A stretch of 64,000 nt of DNA, from positions 10,726,001 through 10,790,000 of the forward strand of contig NC_087261.1 in the NCBI RefSeq assembly GCF_037042905.1. Reading direction: 5' to 3'. Made by a program: the position numbers and the translations under genes. The notes below the pieces were generated by a model that did no database searches, was not told the origin of the DNA, and was given only the letters and a program-made list of their open reading frames with translations. Shown in pieces: positions 24,187 to 35,181 of the stretch (position 1 is the first letter of the stretch; every line of letters starts with the position of its first letter). The stretch comes from Lytechinus pictus (taxonomy: Eukaryota).

Positions 24187-24761
24187 AGGAGAATGAAACC
24201 CTTGAAACCAGCTGAATCCATATCAAAGAGAAAAATCAAAGAAACATATTGTTGAAAGTTTGAGGAAGATTGAATGAATAATAAGAAAGTTATGAGCATT
24301 TGAAAATTGAGATCACTAATGCCATGTAGATCCTCCCATTGGCAATGCAACCAAGATCTGTGATGTCACACACGTACAACTCCCTCATTACTTTAGTACT
24401 TATTTCACTTATATTCTCACTTTTATAGAGTCTATCACAAGGTGAGGTGTTCTCTTTATGAGAGGACAAGTACAGAGGTTTCACAACATTATATCAATGA
24501 TGAATCGTTTGTCATATGATTAGAATGAGCAAAAAGAGATGTTTTGGGGTACATTTTCAGTGTCCAAAAGGGGAGAGTTGCCAGTTTTGGACACTGAAAA
24601 TATACCCCAAAACATCTCTTTTTGCTCATTAGTGATCTCAATATTCAAATGCTCATAACTTTCTTATTATTCATTCAATCTTCCTCAAACTTTCAACAAT
24701 ATGTTTCTTTGATTTTTCTCTTTTATATGGATTCAGCTGGTTTCAAGGGTTTAATTCTCCT
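24187..24761. mobile_element. Kolobok/T2-like MITE (AGGAGAAT family), rearranged copy
   Basis: TTAA TSD (24183-24186, 24762-24765), AGG..CCT ends, 135-bp TIR with 3 mismatches. Homologous to 59273-59855. Confidence 0.9.
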
Positions 24762-25034
24762 TTAAATCCCAAATAGTCAATAGCTTGTCTTGTAATTCTG
24801 CAGTTCGAGTTAGGTTTGTTATGTTTATTTCAGGTCAGTTTGAGCATGTTGGGCTTTGTGTACGTTTTCAAGGTGGACAATGTTTGCGGGCTAAGCATCA
24901 AAATCTTAATCATTAATTTAACGGACAAAAATAATTTTGCTTGGGTGTTGAATTTTTTATACTGGCAAAGTAGTCAAGAGATTCTTTACACAATTTGTGT
25001 TCATGTATATTAAAAATATGATAGAATGTTTTTT

Positions 25035-25665
25035 CAGGGGCGGCGATCCTTGGGGGCGCAGTGCCTACACCACACTTTTTGAAGCACTGAAAATGTACCA
25101 TTTCAGGTGTTACCAAGTGCCCTTTCCGTATCAGTGCCAAATTTTACCAAAAAATTATCCCTCACGAACGTGTTTTGTGTCCCTTTTAATATGTGTTACC
25201 AAGTGCCATCTCTCGTATCAGTGCCCCTTTAACCAAAGAAAAGTTTCCCTCAGGAACGTGTTTTGTACCCCTTTCACCTAAGAAGGACCCGTTTTATGTC
25301 TGAGCAAGTGATCCCTTGCCTTCTTGTAAATGCCCTTTTTCGAATCAGTGCCCCTTTTTACCCAAGAAAAGTGCCACTCACGAACATGTCCTGTGCTCCT
25401 TTCACCTGAGAAGGATCCATTTTGTGCCTTAAGCAAGTGCCCCTTTGCCTTCTTTTTATAGGTGCCCTTTTTTCGTATCAATGCCCCTTTCTAACTAACG
25501 AAGTGCCCCTCACGAACGTGTTCTGTGCTACTTTCACTTGTTATATGTGTTAATGAGTGCCCCTTTGCCTTCTCTTAGGTGCCTGTACTTCATATCAGAT
25601 AAGTTAAAAAAAACACTCTTTTCGTGCCCGATGAGCACCAGGTTTCTTTATTTAGCGCCGCTCTG
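25035..25665. mobile_element. CAG-ended non-autonomous element with internal tandem repeats
   Basis: Ends CAGGGGCGGCG / CGCCGCTCTG. Internal degenerate repeats built on aagtgccc...cgtatcagtgcc...ctcacgaacgtg. Confidence 0.65.
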
Positions 25666-25789
25666 CTTCCTTCTGCAAGTGCATAATGAATGAAAAAAAA
25701 AACTGGTAAAAATAATCTTACGTGCCTTAAGTTTCATGAGTCATGTGAGTGCATGGGGGTAGAAAGGTCATTTGTCTTTGTTTTAAGAT

Positions 25790-26156
25790 CACGGCCGTAC
25801 GCAGGGGGGGGGGAGGGGCAGTTTCCCCCCCCAAAAAAAAAAAAATATATATATATATATTGAAAACTCTTTTTTTTTTTTACTGCAGATTTTCACAAAA
25901 TTCACCAAAAGTATGCACAAAATCCATCGATTTCACTTCACAAAATGCAAACGCGCCTCAATGATAAGCTCGTTCGCTTCGCTTCAAAATATGAAAATGT
26001 TATTTTGTGATCGATTTTGACAAAAATGAAAAGCAAAATGATATAATATCTCACTTATTTTCCTTTTTATTTCTTTCCCTTTCCCTTTCTCCTATATATT
26101 CATTTTCATTTCTTGGCCGTAGAGCTTTTTTGGTCGCCCCCATCTGTACGCCTGTG
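25790..26156. mobile_element. CAC-ended MITE
   Basis: Ends CACGGCCGTAC / GTACGCCTGTG, with a G-run then a C-run after the left end. Confidence 0.55.
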
Positions 26157-26369
26157 CCCCAAAACCTAAATAGAAGAAAGTACATACGTATTGAGGTAGA
26201 TCACGACTTCATCCCCACCCCTCCCCCATTCCAACCCATGCATACACTACTCTATAGAGATCATATACCCCTCCCCTACTCCCTCTCCTTCTCTGTCCCA
26301 CAATCCATCTCACATCCTTCATTCTTCTGTTCATCATCCATCGTTCAATCAATACACTTGTACTCGGTC

Positions 26370-26600
26370 CAATATTGCACACGTGCAACCATTTTACCGC
26401 TCAAATAAGTCCTCTCCAAATATCCTTTCTCTTCTCGCGTCCGAAATCACCACCGGTAAATTGCTTTCTTGACTCTCTTCTCCATTTAGCCGTCAAGAAA
26501 AAAAATAGAACCCTAGGAAAAGCTCCGAGGCCTGCAGCTCGCTGTCGGCTTGAAATGACTTTCGACGCCTGATCATAATATTGCCCCCATGACAGAGATA
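26370..26600. promoter_or_regulatory. CpG-enriched island, candidate regulatory module
   Basis: GCACACGTGCA at 26377-26387; unique sequence with elevated CpG. Confidence 0.3.
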
Positions 26601-28150
26601 GCGTATATACAGCAGTAGAGATTTTGTCATTACAAAAATAAACGTACCACTATACCACAGTAGGTGCAGAAAATGCAGATTTATCGTTACTGGTCAGCAC
26701 CCACTATGTTCCACGACTCGTAAAATAAAGTTGTGAAATGAGGAATAGGGATATATATATATATAGCTCTCAATAATTAGTTTACTTTTTATCAATGTCA
26801 TTTACGTTCGCCTTTACCACGTCTAACAATAATCTAGATATAGATTGACCGAATTTTGTATTTCTAAAAAATAAACAAATCTATAATGTTTGTTATACAG
26901 TTTAAAACATAACATTTGAAACATTATTTGCCTAGATTGTTTATGGTGAACTTAATCAGTGATTTTTGTTTATTCCTTATTATTCCTAATAAATCTTCAC
27001 AAAAAAGAAATTATGCAATATTGATAATCGATTGCCAATTTAATTTCAAGGTATATAGCTTTTATTGTTTTCTCCATTTTTGAACCCCTCCCTCTTTCTT
27101 TCTTTCTTTCTTTCTTTCTCTTTTCTGCCTCTATTTTTTTTTCATTTTCTCTTCTCCTATATTATTTTTCTCATCTATGTATTTTCATCAGTAAGCCCGG
27201 TGTGATGAATATGGCCTTCAGGCCAGGGTAATATGACGTCCATTTGTGAGATGCAACTTCAGATTAGATTTGAAGGTACATTGTATATTTTGGCTGGTCG
27301 GCCAAGAAGGGGGGGGGGGGGTGAAGAGAAGGGAGGTGCGAGGGGAGGGGCCTGCACAGTCTCATGTATGGGTACGTTTTGTGTGTATGGGTTCGTGTGG
27401 GGGTGTAGGTGTGTGTACGTGTCTTGGGTGTGTCTACATGATTTACAAATAAAAGGATTTGTGTGTGTGTGGATGTGTGGTGAGGGAGAGGGTGTGTATG
27501 GGTGCGTGTGCGAGGGTTGCATTGAAGAAATGGAAACGAAAGTAGTAAAACGAGATATTTATTCAAATGTGCGTGACATAGATTGTGGTAAGATCGATTT
27601 AAGATTGATTTTACAATAATCTCCATTTTACTTGCATTATTATTGATCCCAAATTAACCCCATATACGTAGTATAAGGTAGTACTTTAAAATGATAGGTT
27701 TATACACATGATCCTATAACGGTATCTTATGAAGATATGAAGCTCTCTAGCCCTCAAACAAATCACGTTCTTTTATTGCATATAATAACCTGAAAATGTT
27801 TTTTTTTTGGTTTGCTGAAATTATGGAAATGTAAAACACAGTTAAATCCCCTTCCCTCTCTCTAATGTTAATAGACGCTATGCGTGTGTGTGTCTATTTA
27901 GTACGCTCGCCATAAGTAGGGCCTACACAGTAAAAATCGTTGTTTAAAATATTCAAGCAACTCTGCTTACTATGTATGACACTGGCGTAAATCCCGGGGG
28001 GGATGGGGGATATATCCCCCCCCCCCCCCACTTTTCGAGGAGGGGGGATGGCCTGTACAAACATCCCCCCACTTTTTACGAAATAAATGAAAAAAAATCA
28101 CAAGAGATAATTGTTTTATTGGTGAAAATTCTTCCTAAAATACCGCTTAA

Positions 28151-28753
28151 AGGTCAAGTCCACCTCAGAAAAATGTCGATTTGAATCAATAGAGAAAAAT
28201 CGGACAAGCACAAATCTGAAAATTTCATCAAAATCGGATGTAAAATAAGAAAGTTATGATTTTTCAAAGTTTCGCTTATTTTTAACAAAATAGTTATATG
28301 AACGAGCCAGTTACATCCAAATGAGAGAGTTGATGATGTCACTCACTCACTATTTCTTTTGTTTTTTATTGTTTGAATTATACAATATTTCAATTTTTAC
28401 GAATTTGACGATTAGGACCTCCTTGCCTGAAGCACAAAATGATAAAATAATGAAATTCCACGTGTTCAGGGAGGAATGAAACTTCATTTCACATGACAAT
28501 GACGAGAAAATAAAAATATTTCATATTTCATATAATAAAATACAAAAGAAATAGTGAGTGAGTGATGTCATCAGTTCCTCATTTGCATACCGACCGAAAT
28601 GTGCATATAACTGTTTTGTGAAATGAAGCGAAACTTTAAAATACCATAACTTTCTTATTTTACATCCGATTTTTGATGAAATTTTCGGTGTTATGCTTGT
28701 TGAATTTTTCTCTTTTTATTCAAATCAAGTTTTTGTTGGGGTGGACTTGTCCT
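28151..28753. mobile_element. Kolobok/T2-like MITE (AGGWCAAGTCCA family), 603 bp, nest level 3
   Basis: TTAA TSD and TIR AGGTCAAGTCCACC / GGTGGACTTGTCCT. A highly similar inverted copy lies at 56333-56935. Confidence 0.92.
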
Positions 28754-29012
28754 TTAACAAATAAAACAATATTATTGAATCATAAAATGCAAATAAAGAG
28801 CCATTTCACCATTTCCAAACGAAATACTTATGTCCTTATTATAACATTGAAGAGAAACCCCTGTTTCTTCCAATTCATCAATGTTGGGGTCTTGGGAAGG
28901 GATTAAGATGGAATGTCAAAAATGTTTGAATGTAATCTCTAATAAAACCATTAAACCATCATGAGGTAAAAAAAGATAATAACATTGGAGGGGTATTTGC
29001 CATATGGACATA

Positions 29013-29944
29013 CAGTGGCGTAACTACGGGGGGCATGGGGGGCACATCCCCCCCCCCCATCGGCTGACAAAAAAAACGGGGAAAGGGGGGGAAGGAGAAA
29101 AAAGGGAGAGAGGAAGAGAAACGTAGTGGGAAAGAAGAAAATATTATTCATTATAATGTTATATCATATTATAATTATGTTATGTTACATTACAACTTTA
29201 TGAAAATTTTTTATTGTTCCTGGTGCTCGCATTGTCTGTTTAACGAGATATATAATCCTGTTGTACTAAAACATCCCGTTTTCAAGTCAATATAAACCAA
29301 ATATATTTCCTAGCACTTGAGTTATCATTGTTTAATGTAGTGACATATGCTTCTTTTTCATGACTCAAAAGTGATTGCCCCATGTTAAGGTCTTCGTATA
29401 TATGAAACATTTCCTGTCCGTGATTACGTTCGCATTAGTGGATTGGTGAGATATGTCTGCTCTTCATGAATTTCTAAAATCAGTCCTTAAAATGTCCCTT
29501 CTTCTGATCTGAATATCAAAAGTTTTCAGCTCGCGCTTCGCGCTCGCATCATTAGGTTAATGAAATATGTATGGTCCTAGTTAATTCCTACAAAGAAACC
29601 TTAGAATGCCCCACTTCAGGTCTGAATTATCTAAGTTTTCAGCTCGCGCTTCGCGCTCGCATTGTTTAGCGAGACAGGTACCTATCATGATTACACAAAT
29701 TTGATTATATTGTCCCTTTTTAGGTGTGAATATAAAAAAATGTCAGCTCGCGCTTCGCGCTCGCATTATTTGATCAGTGAGATACATATCCGTTTAATGA
29801 CATTGTCCTTAAAATGTCTCTATTAGGTCAGTATAACTGGCAACTTAGCGCGCTTCGCGCACTCACTAGCGCACTCACTTAGTGATTCAAAAATTTTGCT
29901 GGTGCCCCCCCCTCCCCAATGCCGTGACCCACGGTACGCCACTG
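29013..29944. mobile_element. hAT-like non-autonomous element, nest level 3
   Basis: TIR CAGTGGCGTA / TACGCCACTG, perfect 8-bp TSD TGGACATA (29005-29012, 29945-29952), and internal repeats with gctcgcgcttcgcgctcgc. Confidence 0.92.
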
Positions 29945-30319
29945 TGGACATATCAATGACAATTCCTTGCATATCTAAAACATGATTGCAAAAAAATGCC
30001 AAAATATTTCAGTCATCCCCCCACCCATCAACACGGATTGACGCCAGTGATGTATGAGTTTTACAGTAGCTGTTTAACCGTTAAAATAATTGATTAAAAT
30101 GTTTAGCAATGTTTAATTTCTAATTTTTATTTTTCAATTAGCAATCATTGTTGTTTACGTTCATAAACAGCGTTGCATAAAAAATTAATCAACCGTTTAC
30201 TGTGTATAAGACTAGGACTATTTCTATACTTTTACTCAAGATAGAAGCTCAAACAAAGGGAAGATACGAATGCATCAAAACATCTTCTTAAGATTCCTTC
30301 ATGATTAACCACTTAAACC

Positions 30320-30595
30320 TCGAGTGGCTATCTTTTTACATACAGCAATGCCATCTATTCCCCACTCGCAAAGCAACCGCCGCGCGCTTGCTATGGGATT
30401 CAGGTTAGCTTCCTTCGCCGAGAGGGCCCCGGTGCCTGACCGACACGCTTCCAGTAATACGATCTCGGAGCACACGTGCACTGGTGATACGTATAACGTC
30501 ACCTATACCGTGTAATTTGTCTGACTTTTACCTCATTTTCTTCACTTTCACCGCTTCCTGGAGGCGAGTTTCCGTTCTCACCGAATGCCATACCC
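30320..30595. promoter_or_regulatory. CpG-rich island, candidate regulatory module
   Basis: CpG-dense unique sequence with GCACACGTGCA at 30470-30480. Confidence 0.35.
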
Positions 30596-30714
30596 TGTTC
30601 TTGTGCACCCCCCCCCCTCCCCATCTAGACACATTCGCAAAAAAATGCGCACATAATGTTACTGTCCTTTTATAGTTCTGCTGTGAATGTACTAAAACGC
30701 CCCTTTTCTTGTAT

Positions 30715-31245
30715 TCTTTTCTTCTTCTCCTTCTTCTCCTACTCCTCCTCCTTCTTCTTCTTCATTACCTTCTTCTTCTTTTTTTTTTCTTCTTCTACTA
30801 CTAGCTTCTAGTTCTTCTCCTTATTCTTCTATTCTCCTCCTCCTCCTTATCTTCCTTCTTCTTCTTCTTTTTTCTTCTTCTTCTACTACAGCTTGTAATT
30901 CTTCTCCTTATTCTTCTTCTTCTTATTCTCCTCCTCCTCATTCTCCTCCTTCTTCTTCTTTTTCTTCTTCTACTACTAGCTTTTAATTGTTCTCATTCTT
31001 CTTAATTATTATTCTCCTCCTTCTTCTTCTTTTTCTTCTTCTTCTACTACTAGCTTCTAATTTTTCTCCTTCTTCTTATTCTTCTTCTTCTCCTCCTCCT
31101 CCTCCTCCTTCTTCTTCTTCTTTTTCTTTTTCTTCTACTAATATAGCTTCTAATTCTTCTCCTTATTCTTCTTATTATTATTCTCCTTCTCCTCCTCCTC
31201 CTTCTTCTTCTTCTACTTCTTTCCCTCCTCCTCCTCTCTTTCTTC
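30715..31245. repeat. (CTT/CCT)n polypyrimidine tract with a higher-order repeat unit
   Basis: Five recurrences of ttctacta(cta)..agctt(c)ta(a)tt at roughly 75-95 bp spacing. Confidence 0.9.
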
Positions 31246-34200
31246 TGTTTCATTTATTTGTTTCTTCCTTTCTTATTCTAAACAAAGCATTTTTTCCTCT
31301 CAGTCCTATAACCCTGATATACCCGAGCCTCGTGTTCATCTATAATCAAATAAGCGACATTTAAAAGGAGTAAATAAGATGCCTAAAAGACCAGTGTAAG
31401 CGATAGTGGGGAGCGAGGGATATTTACTTAATAATAAGCGAGGGTTTGAAAATTAACGCAGGATCGATATGAAGAGACGAGAACAGAGAAAGAAAGAGCA
31501 GAAGGAACAGAGGAAGAAGGAGAGAGAGAGGGGGAGAGAGAGGGGGAGAGAGAGGCGGAAAGAAAGACAGATGGAGACGTTGAAGATGAACTAGAATAGA
31601 TAATAATATAATCATCTATATCTATATAACTCTGTGTAATGAGACACTGGAAACAAGTGGGAAATGATTCACTCATTGAAGAAGTTTGGTCATATTGTTT
31701 ATATTGATGAAATAAAGGGTATGAATTATGTAATAAATTGCTCAAAATATAATTATGTCCAAAATAAAAAGCGAAAGAAACGCAAGCTGGGCAGAACGAT
31801 CGTATAGCGCCGACATGGCCGAAGAATGATAAGGGGATATAAATGCGATAAATACTTTGCAGGATGCATGTGCAAGCATTAAGATAAAGAAAAACCAGAT
31901 ATACATGGGAAATGTTAGAGGGGAGAGATATTGAAAGGGGGCTTGATAAAACAAATAATGCAGAAACAGGAATAAAAATCGATCGGAGCATAATTATATT
32001 ATGATAAAAGTTTCACATCTCACGTAGATCAATGTTAACATGTGACATACGCCATCTACGGTACCGATTGCTTATTGTCAGATGCAAAGTGTGTTATGAA
32101 CGGGAGCACCATTATGTGTTGAATCATTTACTCTTTTTCTGCTTTATTCTGTGTGGTTTTAAGGCTCAAGACATAAGGCTAAACAACAAAAAAAGTTTAC
32201 TTCAGTCATCATAGATACCCCCCTTAATCGTTTACTCGAAGGTATACATTTTTTTCTTGTTGCGTATAGGGTTTATGATCATTCTATAGCCTTTCATTCT
32301 TTCATTCTTTAAATCATTAATTCATGTTTTAGTTAAAATGTCAGATAAGGCATGCACAGTCATATTAAAAACATGAAAATAAAACACATAAATTGACATG
32401 ATAAAATGGGAAAATTCAAAAGGAAAGCCAATACAAAGTTTCCTTAAACTATAGGCATTAATTAACCTTAACATGCCAATAAAGAGTAGATTATCCTAGA
32501 AACATAAAATATGTATTATGCTAATGCAAAACAAGCACAAGGCCAAACATAAGGGAAGTGATCAGGGATATGATCATGTTTATTTTTGTGAAATAAGCTG
32601 ATAACTATCGAAATTATTTTTGTCTGTATACATCGTATTTTGTATAACCCCTTATAAAAGAGCCTTTGCTTTTATAACATGTCCAAGGAATATGGGGCCA
32701 CCGCCCACATATATTTATTCAGATGGAGATAAAAGTAAAAGATGAAAAAAAAAACGAAGGAGGATAAAAAGTAACCTCTTAGTGTTTTAGTACTGAATAC
32801 AATCTATGATATAATAGAAAGAGAATTATAAGGCCTTTTACATCAATTTAATAAGCTTGTAATTTGAAGTTGTTTTTTATAACAAGTCGATTGCGAGCAA
32901 TAATGGGATGGAAATAAAAGTGAGTAAATAAGAGGGGAACAGGGAATGATAAGGGCGAAGTATGAAAAGTGGTGACTATAATTTTTTATAAACACACATT
33001 TTTCTTTTAAAGTGAATCAAACTTACTTTAGGCTCGTCTTCTTTTATAAAAATCCATTCGATCCACCCCCATGGCTGCGGTTTTTCTGCTACTAGATTTT
33101 ATTTACAGTGAGGAGTATCAAAATTATAGGTAAACGAATGGATTTTAATATAATATGGCGCGTGTGTCTGTGTAGATGTAAAATATTTGAGCACGCATTC
33201 TTTTGTCTCTTCTTTCATGTTTTATGGTAGAAGTCAGACCATCTTTTTTTTTTCTCGGGCTTCTGTAACCCTATCCAGAGATATGTATCGATCTTGAAAA
33301 ACAGCGTCTCCGTGACAATGACTGCGGCTATAAATTATCCCGAAGACATGTAATAGATATCAACCATCCTCTTCCCTCCTCTTTCTCTCTCTCTTACTCT
33401 CCATCTCTCCCCCACCCTCTCCATCTCTCTCTCTCTCTCTCTACTTACATCTAGAAGACGAACAGGGAATGAGGAAATGTTATGTCAGGTCTTTTTGGCG
33501 TGATTTATCGTCTAGCGTGCGTATACTGCATAATGTTAATGTGAATGCTTACACGCCATGTTTTCGGTTCAAGTTTATACGCGAACGTCAAAATAAGAAA
33601 CTGGGAAAACGTCCATGAACATGATGAAGATAACATTTTGTGTACAATTTTCCATATTCAGGGTAAACATGTTTGTTGTGAGTACTTTATTACGGATATG
33701 ATGTTTCAAAATGTCTGCAGGTATAAGGCCAACATTGTCATGATTGTCATTCACGTTCAGAACGAACGAAGCATTAAAAAAAATCAAGCTTTTTTATTAC
33801 TTTTATGATGACTTTGAATTACCATAACTTGTATACATATTTCCTCTTTATTTGATTCATTTCAACAATGAATGGATCAGTTTGATAAGGTTAATGTAAT
33901 ATATTTTATTCTTGGTTTCCCTTTTTTCAAGCCTTTGAGGCTTTTTGGGATACCTTTTTCTGTCATGTTTTTTTAAACTGATCTTAATGTCTCATGATTA
34001 TATTTGTATATTTATGTTCAAAATAATGTATGATATTTGTATGTTTTTACATGTTGAAAGAAATAAATGAGAGTATTTTTACTCTCCCTCTATACAATAT
34101 GTATTACTTTACTATAGAAATATTCTTACTTTTCTTTCTGTCAATCCTGTTAAGTGTTGTTTTTTATGGTATACAGTGTTTACTATGTGTTTATTTAGGG

Positions 34201-34469
34201 ACTGCAATATTCAAAACCCCAGATAACATTGGAAAATTACATCATGATCAATCGAATCAACGTTTGCCTGGAAGTCCTAACAGTATGGAAAACACAATCA
34301 AAATGTCTTGATTAATGACACTGGAAACCGATAAGCAGAAGCGTAAAATTCGCGATGAAAATTCTTTTAAAATTCATGTCCCCTAATGATTTATTCAAAT
34401 ATCGACCTTTTAGTAAGACGATGCAATAAATCATGTAAATGTTTCATACCCATTTCGATTTCGAATGAC

Positions 34470-34630
34470 AAGAAACGCCGATGCATGTTAAAACAGGTAC
34501 GCGGCGCTCGCCATTTGCAAAAAAAAAACACGCGGGAATTGCCGTGACCAAAACTCAACAGGCATCCATCTCGACTTTTGCCGCCATTTTCGGTCGTCTG
34601 CTTCGCTTAGCACTACCAACTGTTACAGTT
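34470..34630. promoter_or_regulatory. Promoter-like CpG island with a YY1 consensus
   Basis: GCCGCCATTTT at 34580-34590 and a second cgccattt near 34509, within a CpG-rich segment. Confidence 0.35.
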
Positions 34631-34919
34631 TACATACCCAGACCTTTGTATTTGCCGCTAGTTGTAGCCTTCGAGAGTGTTAAGGTGGAAAATAAAAGGG
34701 AGGTGGATTTGCTCTACTCCTTAAATTCTAAATTGCGATTTGTTTGGTATATTTTAGATGAGGAAACTTCTCTCCTTTTCCTGACAAGATTATAGTGCTG
34801 CAACTGGCCAATATGAGAAAGAAAGATTCTTTTTAAGTTTAGTTAGCAATGTAGGTACATGCGGTCTTCTTGCATAGAAAGCACTAATTCTCGGGCTTAA
34901 AACCCTGATGGAATTCATG

Positions 34920-35181
34920 GAAAGAACACAGTCTCACACAGTGTACTATGTGAACATAACATTCACATTGTTAAAATGCTCATATTCGACAGTGTGAAGG
35001 TATTTTTGCACTGTGGACACCTCAACAGTGTGACTGTTCACAGTGTGTTCCATTATAGTTGAATACGTTATGTGATTCACACTGTTTAAATGCTCAAATT
35101 TATCAGTGTGAAGGTGATTTCACAATGTGTTCCACACTGTGAACACTCTATGGCACACACTGTGGGAGACTGTTTTCTTTC
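34920..35181. mobile_element. Foldback MITE with internal CACAGTGTG-type repeats
   Basis: Inverted repeat gaaagaacacagtctcacacagtgt / acactgtgggagactgttttctttc. Confidence 0.7.

Larger units (their letters stand above)
27980..30049. mobile_element. hAT-like non-autonomous element, nest level 2
   Basis: TIR CACTGGCGT / ACGCCAGTG with a perfect 8-bp TSD ATGTATGA (27972-27979, 30050-30057). Confidence 0.9.
27926..30204. mobile_element. TA-flanked CACAGTAAA MITE, outermost host of a nest (about 200 bp net)
   Basis: TA|CACAGTAAA ... TTTACTGTG|TA. The joined flanks resemble the uninterrupted relative at 43504-43730. Confidence 0.75.

Noticed and set aside
24290-24484. Near-identical 64-aa ORFs here and at 59558, and 62-aa ORFs at 28154 and 56744
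   Set aside because: They recur only because they lie inside MITE copies; no transposase-like motif is recognisable.
25110-25590. Repeat-spacer-like pattern suggesting CRISPR (also at 29.5-29.9 kb)
   Set aside because: Degenerate tandem units inside TIR elements, spacers related to each other, no cas genes, eukaryotic context.
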